DNA from: Paracoccaceae bacterium
GTDB taxonomy: Bacteria > Pseudomonadota > Alphaproteobacteria > Rhodobacterales > Rhodobacteraceae
Assembly: GCA_030626365.1 (NCBI GenBank)
Contig: DAOUPC010000001.1
Location: forward strand, 1-33,757
Direction: 5' to 3'
Length of the DNA: 33,757 nucleotides
A program made the translations under genes and the position numbers. The notes beneath the pieces were generated by a model. The model was given only the letters and a program-made list of their open reading frames with translations, did not search any database and was not told the DNA's origin. This document shows positions 1 to 9,123 of this stretch, piece by piece (position 1 is the stretch's first letter; every line of letters starts with the position of its first letter).

Positions 1-7
1 CCCACCA

Positions 8-1324
8 ATGATCAGCCAGGACATGAATGACAGCCTGACCCGCGTCGGCCCGGGCAGCGATGCCGGTGCCGTGCTGCGCCGTTACTGGCAGCCGGCGGCG
101 CTGAGTGACGAGCTGATGTCGGCTCGCCCGGTGGTGCCGGTGCGTTTGCTGGGCGAGGATCTGGTGTTGTTTCGTGACACCGAAGGCCAGTTGGGCCTGA
201 TTGGTCGGCGCTGCCCGCATCGCGGTGCCGATATGTGCTTTGGTCGGCTTGAGGATAACGGCCTGCGTTGCCCGTTTCACGGCTGGCATTTTGACCGCAC
301 CGGCCAATGCGTCGAACAACCCGGAGAGCCGGAAGGCAGCCGGATGCACGAACAGATCAAATCCGCCGGCTATCCGGTGGTTGAACGCAACGGCATCATC
401 TGGGCCTATATGGGGCCGGGCGATGCGCCTGCGTTCCCCAGTTTCGACTGTTTTCGCGCGCCCGACACCCATGTATTCGCGTTCAAGGGTCTGTGGGATT
501 GCAACTGGCTTCAGGCGCTTGAGGTGGGGATCGACCCGGCGCATGCCTCGTTCCTGCACCGGTTTTTGCAGGACGAAGACCCGGCCGACAGCTATGGTAA
601 ACAGTTCCGCGATTCTGCCGCCGATTCCGGCATTCCGATCACCAAGGTGCTGCGCGACTATCCCCGCCCCGAAATCAACGTGGACGAAACCGACTATGGC
701 ATGCGCCTGACCGCGCTGCGCCATCTGGATGATGGGCAAACCCACGTGCGCGTCACCAATCAGATATTCCCCGAGGCAATCTGCATCCCCATGTCCCGTG
801 ATATGACCATCACCCAGTGGCATGTGCCGGTCGATGACACGACCTGTAACTGGTTCTCGATGTTCACCAGCTATACCGCGCCGGTCGACAAGAAACTGAT
901 GCGTGAACAGCGGCTAAAGGAGCACCGCCTGCCCGATTATGCGCCGCTGAAGGGGGCACATAACAACTATGGCTATAACCCGGACGAACAGGCGAGCCAG
1001 ACCTATACCGGCATGGGGCTTGATATCAACGTGCATGACCAGTGGGCGGTGGAATCGATGGGGGCCATTCAGGACCGCACGCAGGAACATCTGGGCAAGA
1101 CCGATGTCGCCATCATCCGCTATCGTCGTATGCTGCGGGCCGCCATTCAGGCGGTGAAGGACGGGCGCGAAGGTGATCTGCCCATGTGGGGCGATACCGA
1201 TCCGGCAACCCTGCTGGGCCCGGTATCAAACGATTCGGTTGCCGCCAAGGGCACGATGGAAACGGCCACCGCCACCAATGATGCGGCCCGCCGCGCAGCC
1301 TGCCCGTGGGACGCCGATGTCTGA
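8..1324 (+). CDS. Rieske [2Fe-2S] non-heme-iron oxygenase, alpha-subunit type (phthalate/VanA/GbcA-like class; no beta subunit or reductase visible)
   Basis: 438-aa ORF. Rieske motif CPHRG-x16-CPFHGW. Mononuclear-iron motif NWLQALEVGIDPAHASFLH. The frame is open to the window edge, so the N-terminus (ATG at 8 or 23, or further upstream) is uncertain. The stop overlaps the next start (ATGTCTGA, 1317-1324). Confidence 0.85.
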   Translation: MISQDMNDSLTRVGPGSDAGAVLRRYWQPAALSDELMSARPVVPVRLLGEDLVLFRDTEGQLGLIGRRCPHRGADMCFGRLEDNGLRCPFHGWHFDRTGQCVEQPGEPEGSRMHEQIKSAGYPVVERNGIIWAYMGPGDAPAFPSFDCFRAPDTHVFAFKGLWDCNWLQALEVGIDPAHASFLHRFLQDEDPADSYGKQFRDSAADSGIPITKVLRDYPRPEINVDETDYGMRLTALRHLDDGQTHVRVTNQIFPEAICIPMSRDMTITQWHVPVDDTTCNWFSMFTSYTAPVDKKLMREQRLKEHRLPDYAPLKGAHNNYGYNPDEQASQTYTGMGLDINVHDQWAVESMGAIQDRTQEHLGKTDVAIIRYRRMLRAAIQAVKDGREGDLPMWGDTDPATLLGPVSNDSVAAKGTMETATATNDAARRAACPWDADV

Positions 1325-2768
1325 GGGGATCAGAAACGGCAAACTGGCGAAAATGGGCCTTTTGCACGATGAAACCTGCGTCGCAGGCGAAGAGTTGCTG
1401 GCCCGTGTGGCCGCCAGTGATCTGGAAACCGTGCGCGTATTGTTCGTTGATCAACACGGTGTGCTGCGGGGCAAAACGCTGGTCGCGTCGGCCCTGCCAT
1501 CGGTGTTTTCCAGTGGCATTGCCGTGCCCTCGACCCTGTTGCTTAAGGACACGTCGCACCGCACGGCATTTCCTGTCTGGTCCGCCGATGTCGGCATCCA
1601 GTCAGGGCCGATGCAGGGGGTGGGCGACGTTTTGCTGGTGCCCGACCCGACCACCTTTCGGACCCTTCCGTGGGCCCCCCATTCGGCCTGGCTGTTTTGT
1701 GACGTGGTTTTCCGGGACGGCACCGAAATCCCGTTTTCGTCCCGCACCATCCTGCGCAATGCCGTAAGCCGGCTGGCGGATGCCGGCATGGCCGCGACCA
1801 TCGGCCTTGAGGTCGAGTTCCATATCTTTGAACGCGTCGATGCGTCGCTGGAACATGAGCAGACCACCATGCCGGGCCAGCCGCCCCAGACCCGCGCGCT
1901 GGCGCAGGGCTTTCATTTTCTGACCGAAACCCGCTATGGCGAGGTCGAACCGATACTGGACCACCTGCGTCGCATGGCGCAGGGCCTGGGCCTGCCGGTG
2001 CGCTCGGTCGAGGTGGAAATGGGCCCCTCGCAGTTTGAATTCACCTTTGATCCGGCCTCTCCGATGGTCCATGCGGACAACCTGGTGGTGTTCCGCACCA
2101 TGGTCAAAGAAGTGTGCGCCGCCCGTGGCCTGCATGCCAGTTTCATGGCCAAACCCCGCCTGCCCAACATCATGGCGTGCGGCTGGCATATCCATCAATC
2201 ACTTACCGATATCGCCAGTGGTCGCGCGCTGTTCACGCCCGAACATGCGGGCGTGCTGACGCCGCAGGCCGATGGCTGGATTGCCGGGCTTTTGACCCAT
2301 GCCGCCGCCAGTTCGTTGCTGATTGCGCCGACGGTGAACAGTTATAAACGCTATCAGCCCTATCAACTGGCCCCGAACCGTATTCAGTGGGGGCAGGACA
2401 ATCGCGGGGCGATGGTGCGGGCGCTGATGGTGCCCGGCGACCCCGCCAGCCGGGTCGAAAACCGTGCCCCCGATACCACCGCCAACCCCTATCTTGGGCT
2501 GGCGGCCCAACTGATTGCCGGGCTGGATGGCATCACGAATGGCCGCAAGGCCCCGCCGCCAACGCTGACGCCATATGATGACGATTCCGCGTACCTGCCC
2601 ACCAGCCTGGCCGAGGCCATAGATGCCTTTGACCGGTCTGCATTGTTTCGCGATGCGCTGGGCGATGAAACGGTTGATTACCTGCTGAAAATCAAACGCT
2701 TTGAATGGAACCGTTATTCGTCGGCCATATCAGAATGGGAACAGACCGAGTATTTCAGCCTGTTTTAG
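1317..2768 (+). CDS. Glutamine synthetase family protein (GS-like, probable gamma-glutamyl-amine ligase)
   Basis: GS catalytic-domain strings: GLEVEFHIFE, EMGPSQFEFTF, FMAKPR..GWHIHQSL, VNSYKRY, QDNRGAMVR, ENRAPDTTANPYL. I chose the internal ATG at 1317 (MSEGIRNG...) because it overlaps the Rieske stop codon. The ORF-track start at 1173 would lie inside the upstream gene. Confidence 0.85.
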   Translation: MSEGIRNGKLAKMGLLHDETCVAGEELLARVAASDLETVRVLFVDQHGVLRGKTLVASALPSVFSSGIAVPSTLLLKDTSHRTAFPVWSADVGIQSGPMQGVGDVLLVPDPTTFRTLPWAPHSAWLFCDVVFRDGTEIPFSSRTILRNAVSRLADAGMAATIGLEVEFHIFERVDASLEHEQTTMPGQPPQTRALAQGFHFLTETRYGEVEPILDHLRRMAQGLGLPVRSVEVEMGPSQFEFTFDPASPMVHADNLVVFRTMVKEVCAARGLHASFMAKPRLPNIMACGWHIHQSLTDIASGRALFTPEHAGVLTPQADGWIAGLLTHAAASSLLIAPTVNSYKRYQPYQLAPNRIQWGQDNRGAMVRALMVPGDPASRVENRAPDTTANPYLGLAAQLIAGLDGITNGRKAPPPTLTPYDDDSAYLPTSLAEAIDAFDRSALFRDALGDETVDYLLKIKRFEWNRYSSAISEWEQTEYFSLF

Positions 2769-2950
2769 CAAAGCGCAGCAGGGCAAAGATGGTGCTGATC
2801 TCGCGCCGCGCCGACCACGGCGACAAAAGCGGTCAGGGTCATGGCGTGGCCTTGTGGGTGTTTCACGGCTGACGTCAGGCTTTGGTCCGGGCAAGTACAA
2901 GCGCCGGTTACTGGCCCGTTTACTGGCGCGCAAACCGCCCTAATAAACCC

Positions 2951-2979
2951 TTGTCGACTCGCCGGGCTGACGTTAAGTA
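2951..2979 (+). promoter_or_regulatory. Putative sigma70-type promoter for the riboswitch-gcvTHP transcript
   Basis: TTGTCG (2951-2956), 17-nt spacer, TAAGTA (2974-2979). This would place the transcription start a few nt before the first riboswitch aptamer. Weak match, pattern only. Confidence 0.3.
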
Positions 2980-2985
2980 TACCAG

Positions 2986-3152
2986 TGCATGCGGGAGAAC
3001 CGGCACCCAAAGTATTCGGGACCGGTGCCGAAGGAGCAACCGCCCCGGAAACTCTCAGGCCACAGGGACCGCACGCAGAAAACAACTCTGGAGAGAGGCG
3101 CGGATTCGCGTCCGCCGAAGGGATAACGATCTCAGGCGAAAGGACAGAGGGG
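2986..3152 (+). promoter_or_regulatory. Tandem glycine riboswitch (two aptamers) controlling gcvTHP
   Basis: Aptamer 1: GCGGGAGAA...CCGAAGGAGCAA...CTCAGGC..AGGGACCGC. Aptamer 2: CTCTGGAGAG...CCGAAGGGATAAC..CTCAGGCGAAAGGACAGAG. Both carry the conserved GGAGA / CCGAAGG / CTCAGGC..AGGAC cores. Located about 80 nt upstream of the gcvT ATG. Confidence 0.85.
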
Positions 3153-3233
3153 GCATCGCTGCACACGCACACGCGTGGGTGAACGGGATGCCGGTGATAC
3201 TCAGATCAGACGGCTAACAGGACAGGACAGGGC

Positions 3234-4355
3234 ATGACGGATCTGCTCAGAACGCCGCTTTATGGGCTGCACTTGGAACTTGGGGGCAAGATGGTCCCGT
3301 TTACCGGCTATGACATGCCGGTTCAGTTTGCCGGGATTATGGCTGAACACCAGCACACAAGGGAAAAGGCCGGGCTGTTTGATGTCAGCCATATGGGCCA
3401 GGTGATCCTGCGCGCTGAAAGCTATCAGGCGGTGGCCGGGGCGTTTGAACGGCTGGTGCCGATGAATGTGCTTGGTCTGGGCGAGGGGCGCCAGCGCTAT
3501 GGTCTGTTCACCAACGAACAGGGCGGGGTTCTGGATGACCTGATGTTTGCCAACCGGGGCGATCATCTGTTTGTGGTGGTGAACGCAGCCTGCAAAGAGG
3601 CCGATATCGCCCGGATGCGCGCAGCACTGGAGCCGGATATTTCCGTTACCTATATCGAGGACCGCGCGTTGCTGGCCCTGCAAGGCCCGGCAGCCGTGGA
3701 CGTTCTGGCGGCGATCAACCCGGCGGCGGGCGAAATGAAGTTCATGGATGTGGCCACGCTTGATCTGAACGGCGCTCAGTGCTGGGTGTCGCGGTCGGGT
3801 TATACCGGTGAAGATGGCTATGAGATTTCGGTGCCTGCCGATCAGGCGGTTGACCTGGCCCGCGCGCTGCTGGCGCACGATGATGTGATGCCGATCGGGC
3901 TGGGCGCGCGGGATTCGCTGCGCCTTGAGGCGGGTTTGTGCCTTTACGGGCATGATATGGACGAGGATACCCTGCCAGCCGAGGCCGGTCTGGTCTGGGC
4001 CATCCAAAAGGCGCGCCGCGCGGGCGGCGAACGTGAAGGTGGCTTTCCCGGTGCGCAGGCGGTTCTGGAACAGATTGCCAGTGGTGCCGCGCGCAAACGT
4101 GTCGGCCTGCGCCCCGAAGGGCGCGCGCCCATGCGCGAGGGGGTCGAACTGTTTGCCACATCCGAGGGCGGAGAGGCGATTGGCAAGATCACCTCCGGGG
4201 GGTTTGGGCCAACCGTTGGCGGGCCTGTGGCGATGGGCTATGTGCCGGTCGACCTTGCCAAAGCAGACACAACAGTATTCGGAGAGTTGCGCGGCAAGCG
4301 CATGCCTCTGAGCGTCACGTCGCTGCCGTTTGTGGCAGCCAATTTCAAACGCTGA
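3234..4355 (+). CDS. gcvT: Glycine cleavage system T protein (aminomethyltransferase)
   Basis: 373 aa. The N-terminus TPLYGLHLELGGKMVPFTGYDMPVQF..GLFDVSHMGQ is typical of GcvT. Lies in the gcvT-H-P order downstream of a glycine riboswitch. Confidence 0.95.
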   Translation: MTDLLRTPLYGLHLELGGKMVPFTGYDMPVQFAGIMAEHQHTREKAGLFDVSHMGQVILRAESYQAVAGAFERLVPMNVLGLGEGRQRYGLFTNEQGGVLDDLMFANRGDHLFVVVNAACKEADIARMRAALEPDISVTYIEDRALLALQGPAAVDVLAAINPAAGEMKFMDVATLDLNGAQCWVSRSGYTGEDGYEISVPADQAVDLARALLAHDDVMPIGLGARDSLRLEAGLCLYGHDMDEDTLPAEAGLVWAIQKARRAGGEREGGFPGAQAVLEQIASGAARKRVGLRPEGRAPMREGVELFATSEGGEAIGKITSGGFGPTVGGPVAMGYVPVDLAKADTTVFGELRGKRMPLSVTSLPFVAANFKR

Positions 4356-4373
4356 ACCAACAGGAAAAATGAA

Positions 4374-4733
4374 ATGAAATATACTGAAGAACATGAATGG
4401 CTGCTGCCCGAGGGTGATTTGATTGTGGTCGGGATTACCGCCCACGCGGCCGAGCAACTGGGCGATGTGGTATTTGTCGAACTGCCCGAAGTGGGCACCG
4501 AAGTCACCAAGGACGAAGATGTCGTGGTGATCGAAAGCGTCAAGGCCGCGTCTGACATTCTGGCCCCGCTGGATGGCGAGATCGTCGAGGTGAACGAGGC
4601 CCTGACAGAAAACCCCGGTCTGGTGAACGAAGATGCCACCGGTGGCGGCTGGTTCTTCAAGATGAAAGTATCCGATGCCGCGCCGATGGACGATTATATG
4701 GACGAAGCCGCATATAATAAATTCATCGGATAG
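4374..4733 (+). CDS. gcvH: Glycine cleavage system H protein (lipoyl carrier)
   Basis: 119 aa. Lipoyl-lysine motif [18 protein letters not shown]-terminus. Confidence 0.95.
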   Translation: MKYTEEHEWLLPEGDLIVVGITAHAAEQLGDVVFVELPEVGTEVTKDEDVVVIESVKAASDILAPLDGEIVEVNEALTENPGLVNEDATGGGWFFKMKVSDAAPMDDYMDEAAYNKFIG

Positions 4734-4837
4734 GGTTTGTGGCCGGGGGCAGGTGCCTCCGGCGGGAGTATTTGGAACAAGAAGAAGATCAGGGCCGGGC
4801 CTGTTTGGGTCGCCCTGCTGCCAAGAGGAATCCAGTG

Positions 4838-7687
4838 ATGACATTCACGCCGATCGACTATCTGCCGTATGATTTTGCCAATCGCCGTCATATCGGCCCG
4901 TCGCCGTCCGAGATGGCGGATATGTTGAAAGTGGTGGGCGTGGACAGCCTGGAGGCGCTGATTGACGATACGGTTCCCGAGGCGATCAGGCAAAAAGAGC
5001 CGCTGGATTTCGGCAAGGCCAAGTCCGAGCAGGAATTGCTGTTTTCGATGCAAAAGACGGCGTCAAAGAACAAGGTTCTGACCTCGTTGATTGGTCAGGG
5101 CTATCACGGCACCGTCACCCCGCCGGTCATTCAGCGTAACATTCTGGAGAACCCGGCCTGGTATACCGCCTATACCCCCTATCAGCCCGAGATCAGCCAG
5201 GGGCGCCTTGAGGCATTGCTGAACTTTCAGACCATGGTCAGCGATCTGACAGGGCTGGAGATTGCCAACGCATCCCTGCTGGACGAGGCCACGGCCTGTG
5301 CCGAGGCGATGACCATGGCGCAGAGGGTATCCAAGACCAAGGCCAAGGCGTTCTTTGTTGATGAAAACTGTCATCCCCAGAATATCGAAGTGATCCGGAC
5401 ACGCGCCGCACCTTTGGATATTGAGGTGATTGTGGGCAGTCCCGATGACATGGATGCAGCATCGGTATTTGGCGCGGTGTTCCAGTATCCCGGCACGTTG
5501 GGCCGGATACGGGATTTCACCGGCCAGATTGCCGCCCTGCACGCGGCAAAGGCGATTGGCATCATTTCTGCCGATCCGCTGTCGCTGACCCTGTTGAAGG
5601 AACCGGGGGCGATGGGGGCTGATATTGCGATCGGCTCGACCCAGCGGTTTGGTGTTCCGATGGGCTATGGCGGGCCGCACGCGGCCTATATGGCCACCAA
5701 AAAGGCCTATGCACGTTCGATGCCGGGGCGGCTGGTTGGGGTGTCTATCGACAGCCACGGGCGGCGCGCCTATCGGTTGTCATTGCAGACCCGCGAACAA
5801 CATATTCGGCGTGAAAAGGCGACCTCGAACGTCTGTACCGCACAGGCGTTGCTGGCCGTCATGGCGTCGTTCTATGCGGTTATTCACGGGCCTGAAGGGT
5901 TGCGCGCGATTGCCCAGCGTATCCATCGCAAGACCGTGCGCATGGCCAAGGGGCTGGAGGCGGCCGGGTTTCTTGTCGAGCCAGAGCATTTCTTTGACAC
6001 CATCACGGTCGAAGTGGGGTTGTTGCAGCGTGGCGTGTTGCAGGCTGCCGTGCGCGAGGGGCTGAACCTGCGCAAGGTGGGCAACACCAAGGTTGGCATT
6101 ACACTGGATGAATGCAGCCGCCCCGCGACGATCGAGGCCGTCTGGCGCGCCTTTGGCATTATCCTGAAGCCGGACGATCTGACGCCGGAATACCGCCTGC
6201 CAGAATCGTTGCTGCGCGAGACCAGTTTTCTTGAGCATCCGGTGTTTCACATGAACCGGGCCGAGACCGAGATGATGCGCTATATGCGTCGGTTGGCGGA
6301 TCGTGATCTGGCACTGGACCGGGCGATGATCCCGCTGGGGTCATGCACCATGAAGCTGAACGCCGCCGCCGAGATGATGCCGATCACCTGGCCTGAATTT
6401 TCGGCGCTGCACCCGTATATTCCCGCCGATCAGGCGCAGGGGTACAGTGAACTGATCGGGGACTTCTCGTCCAAGCTGTGTGATATCACCGGGTACGCGG
6501 CGATTTCGATGCAGCCAAATTCTGGCGCGCAGGGCGAATATGCCGGTTTGCTGACCATATCCGCCTGGCATCGCGCACAGGGGCAGGGGCATCGCAACAT
6601 TTGCCTTATCCCGATGAGCGCGCATGGCACCAACCCGGCCAGCGCCACCATGGTGGGCTGGAAGGTGGTGCCGGTCAAATCGGCCGAAAACGGTGATATC
6701 GATCTGGTGGATTTCCGCGCCAAGGCCGAACTGCACAGTGAAAACCTGGCCGGCTGCATGATTACCTATCCCAGCACCCATGGCGTGTTCGAGGACACGG
6801 TGGTTGATGTCTGCCAAATCGTGCATGACAATGGCGGGCAGGTCTATATCGACGGGGCCAATATGAACGCCATGGTCGGTCTGTCGCGTCCCGGCGATCT
6901 GGGTGGCGATGTAAGCCACCTGAACCTGCACAAGACGTTTTGCATCCCGCATGGCGGCGGTGGTCCCGGCATGGGGCCGATTGGGGTCAAGGCACACCTG
7001 ATCCCGCATCTGCCCGGCAATCCCACCGGCGGCGAGGGCGAAGGCCCGGTATCGGCGTCGGCCTTTGGGTCGCCTTCATTGTTGCCGATCAGCTGGGCCT
7101 ATACGCTGATGATGGGCGGCGAGGGGCTGACCCAGGCGACAAGGGTGGCGATTTTGAACGCCAACTATATCGCTGAGCGGCTTGAGGGGGCCTATAGCGT
7201 ACTGTACCGCGGCAAGACGGGCCGCGTGGCGCATGAATGCATCATCGACACACGCCCCTTTGCCGACAGTGCCGGGGTCAGTGTGGATGACATCGCCAAG
7301 CGGCTGGTGGATTGCGGGTTTCACGCCCCCACCATGAGCTGGCCGGTGTCTGGCACCCTGATGATCGAACCAACCGAGTCCGAGACCAAGGCAGAACTGG
7401 ACCGGTTTTGCGATGCCATGCTGGCGATCCGCGATGAAATCCGCGAGATCGAAGAGGGGCGGATGGACGCCGAAAACAACCCGCTCAAGAATGCGCCACA
7501 CACGGTCGAGGATCTGGTCAGCGACTGGGACCGGCCCTATACGCGCGAACAGGGCTGTTTTCCGCCGGGTGCGTTCCGGGTTGATAAATACTGGCCGCCA
7601 GTGAACCGGGTGGATAACGCCTGGGGGGATCGGCATCTGGTGTGTTCCTGCCCGCCCATGTCCGATTACGACGACGCGCAAGAGTAA
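4838..7687 (+). CDS. gcvP: Glycine dehydrogenase (decarboxylating), P protein
   Basis: 949 aa from the ATG at 4838, preceded by AAGAGGAA at 4823-4830. PLP-lysine region [18 protein letters not shown]. The ORF-track start at 4739 has no SD and adds non-conserved residues. Confidence 0.95.
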   Translation: MTFTPIDYLPYDFANRRHIGPSPSEMADMLKVVGVDSLEALIDDTVPEAIRQKEPLDFGKAKSEQELLFSMQKTASKNKVLTSLIGQGYHGTVTPPVIQRNILENPAWYTAYTPYQPEISQGRLEALLNFQTMVSDLTGLEIANASLLDEATACAEAMTMAQRVSKTKAKAFFVDENCHPQNIEVIRTRAAPLDIEVIVGSPDDMDAASVFGAVFQYPGTLGRIRDFTGQIAALHAAKAIGIISADPLSLTLLKEPGAMGADIAIGSTQRFGVPMGYGGPHAAYMATKKAYARSMPGRLVGVSIDSHGRRAYRLSLQTREQHIRREKATSNVCTAQALLAVMASFYAVIHGPEGLRAIAQRIHRKTVRMAKGLEAAGFLVEPEHFFDTITVEVGLLQRGVLQAAVREGLNLRKVGNTKVGITLDECSRPATIEAVWRAFGIILKPDDLTPEYRLPESLLRETSFLEHPVFHMNRAETEMMRYMRRLADRDLALDRAMIPLGSCTMKLNAAAEMMPITWPEFSALHPYIPADQAQGYSELIGDFSSKLCDITGYAAISMQPNSGAQGEYAGLLTISAWHRAQGQGHRNICLIPMSAHGTNPASATMVGWKVVPVKSAENGDIDLVDFRAKAELHSENLAGCMITYPSTHGVFEDTVVDVCQIVHDNGGQVYIDGANMNAMVGLSRPGDLGGDVSHLNLHKTFCIPHGGGGPGMGPIGVKAHLIPHLPGNPTGGEGEGPVSASAFGSPSLLPISWAYTLMMGGEGLTQATRVAILNANYIAERLEGAYSVLYRGKTGRVAHECIIDTRPFADSAGVSVDDIAKRLVDCGFHAPTMSWPVSGTLMIEPTESETKAELDRFCDAMLAIRDEIREIEEGRMDAENNPLKNAPHTVEDLVSDWDRPYTREQGCFPPGAFRVDKYWPPVNRVDNAWGDRHLVCSCPPMSDYDDAQE

Positions 7688-7703
7688 GGTTTTACGCAAA
7701 TAA

Positions 7704-7746
7704 GGCGGGCCAGTTGCCAAGTGGCCCGCCCGTGACGTCCCGTCAC
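7704..7746 (+). terminator. Tandem GC-rich hairpins downstream of gcvP (probable terminator, no U-tract)
   Basis: GGCGGGCCA (7704-7712) pairs with TGGCCCGCC (7722-7730), a perfect 9-bp stem. GTGACG (7732-7737) pairs with CGTCAC (7741-7746). Starts 17 nt after the gcvP stop. Confidence 0.55.
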
Positions 7747-7823
7747 GCCCCATAGACAAACCAAGGTGATCTGGCCATCCTCTGAACAACAGAAATACAG
7801 CGGTGTTTGGAGGCACGTGGGAT

Positions 7824-9059
7824 ATGAATATGAATTTGGGGATGCGGGACGAGAACCAAAAGCTTCTGGACCGGGTCGCGGCGATGATCCGCGACGAGAT
7901 CATACCGCTGGAAGATGAGTATCAGGGCGAGGTGTCCAAAGGGGACCGCTGGCAATACACCGAACGCCAGACCGAGATACTGGAGTCGCTGAAGGCCAAG
8001 GCCAAGGCACAGGGGTTGTGGAACTTCTGGCTGACGGACAGCGAACGCGGCTTTGGTCTGAGCACGGTTGAATACGCCTATTTCGCCGAAGAAATGGGCC
8101 GCACGCCGCTGGCCGCCGAGGTGTTCAACTGTTCCGCGCCCGACACCGGCAACATGGAAGTGTTCGAACGCTATGCCTCTGAGTCGCTGAAAGAGGAATG
8201 GCTGGTGCCGCTGCTTGAGGGCAAGGTGCGCTCTGCCTATCTGATGACGGAACCGGATGTGGCCAGTTCTGATGCCACCAACATTTCGATGTCCTGCGTG
8301 CGCGATGGCGACGACTATGTGTTGAACGGCGAAAAATGGTGGGCCAGCGGGGCGGGCGATCCGCGGTGCAGCGTTTATATCGTCATGGTCAAGACCGCCG
8401 GCGAAGAGATGCCAAAGCACAAGCGCCAGTCGATGATCGTGGTGCCGGCCAATCTGCCCGGTATCGAAATCATCCGCCCGATGGAGGTGTACGGCCACGA
8501 TGATGCGCCGCACGGCCACATGCATATGAAGCTGACCAATGTGCGGGTGCCTGCGGGCAACATCCTGCTGGGCGAAGGTCGCGGTTTCGAGATCGCCCAG
8601 GGGCGGCTTGGCCCAGGACGGATACACCATTGTATGCGGGCCATCGGCCAGGCCGAATCTGCGCTGGAACAGATGTGTAAACGGTCGCTGGCGCGCGAAG
8701 CATTTGGCAAGAAGCTGGCCCAACTGGGGGCGAATTACGACATCATCGCCGAATGCCGGATGGAGATTGAAATGGCCCGCCTGCTGTGCCTCAAGGCGGC
8801 TTGGTACATGGACAAGGGCGATGCCCGCGCCGCCGCGCCGTGGATTCACCAGATCAAGGTTGCGGCCCCACGGGTCGCGCTCAAGGTGATCGACGAGGCG
8901 GTACAGATGTTTGGTGGACAGGGTATTTCCCAGGATACACCACTGGCCCAGGCCTGGACCCACGTGCGGACCCTGCGACTGGCCGATGGGCCGGACGCCG
9001 TGCATCGCCGTCAGGTCGCGCGCACCGAACTGCGCAAGTACACCCAAGAGAAAGTATAA
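7824..9059 (+). CDS. Acyl-CoA dehydrogenase family protein (ACAD10/11 / FadE2-like)
   Basis: ACAD-type strings YLMTEPDVASSDATN, GEKWWASGA, QMFGGQGIS..RTLRLADGPDAVH. The ATG at 7824 is preceded by GGAGG (7810-7814). The GTG at 7803 is the alternative start. Confidence 0.85.
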   Translation: MNMNLGMRDENQKLLDRVAAMIRDEIIPLEDEYQGEVSKGDRWQYTERQTEILESLKAKAKAQGLWNFWLTDSERGFGLSTVEYAYFAEEMGRTPLAAEVFNCSAPDTGNMEVFERYASESLKEEWLVPLLEGKVRSAYLMTEPDVASSDATNISMSCVRDGDDYVLNGEKWWASGAGDPRCSVYIVMVKTAGEEMPKHKRQSMIVVPANLPGIEIIRPMEVYGHDDAPHGHMHMKLTNVRVPAGNILLGEGRGFEIAQGRLGPGRIHHCMRAIGQAESALEQMCKRSLAREAFGKKLAQLGANYDIIAECRMEIEMARLLCLKAAWYMDKGDARAAAPWIHQIKVAAPRVALKVIDEAVQMFGGQGISQDTPLAQAWTHVRTLRLADGPDAVHRRQVARTELRKYTQEKV

Positions 9060-9065
9060 GTATAC

Positions 9066-9110
9066 CGCCGCGCCCACCCTTACGGGGTTGGGCGCGGCGC
9101 TTATTTTCTT
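9066..9110. terminator. Intrinsic (probably bidirectional) terminator between convergent genes
   Basis: GCCGCGCCCA (9067-9076) pairs perfectly with TGGGCGCGGC (9089-9098). An inner CCC/GGG pair and a TTAC loop extend the stem. Followed by TTATTTTCTT (9101-9110). The region following the hairpin on the opposite strand is also T-rich. Confidence 0.65.
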
Positions 9111-9123
9111 GCCCCGAACCGGG

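Noticed and set aside
2765-3172. 135-aa minus-strand ORF across the gcv leader, including a 25-codon piece (MTLTAFVAVVGAARDQ..., ATG at 2842) that looks like the N-terminus of a LysE/RhtB-type exporter
   Set aside because: The long ORF runs through both glycine-riboswitch aptamers, which explain the sequence better. The 25-codon piece is too short, lacks a convincing SD, and terminates in the 3' end of the GS-like gene. At best it is a gene relic, and I cannot support it.
3201-4844. 547-aa ORF on the minus strand spanning gcvT and gcvH
   Set aside because: It lies entirely antisense to two genes with unmistakable GcvT/GcvH sequence. The translation is low-complexity and rich in Arg, Gly, His and Pro with no recognisable motif. 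Long stop-free antisense frames are a normal by-product of high-GC codon usage.
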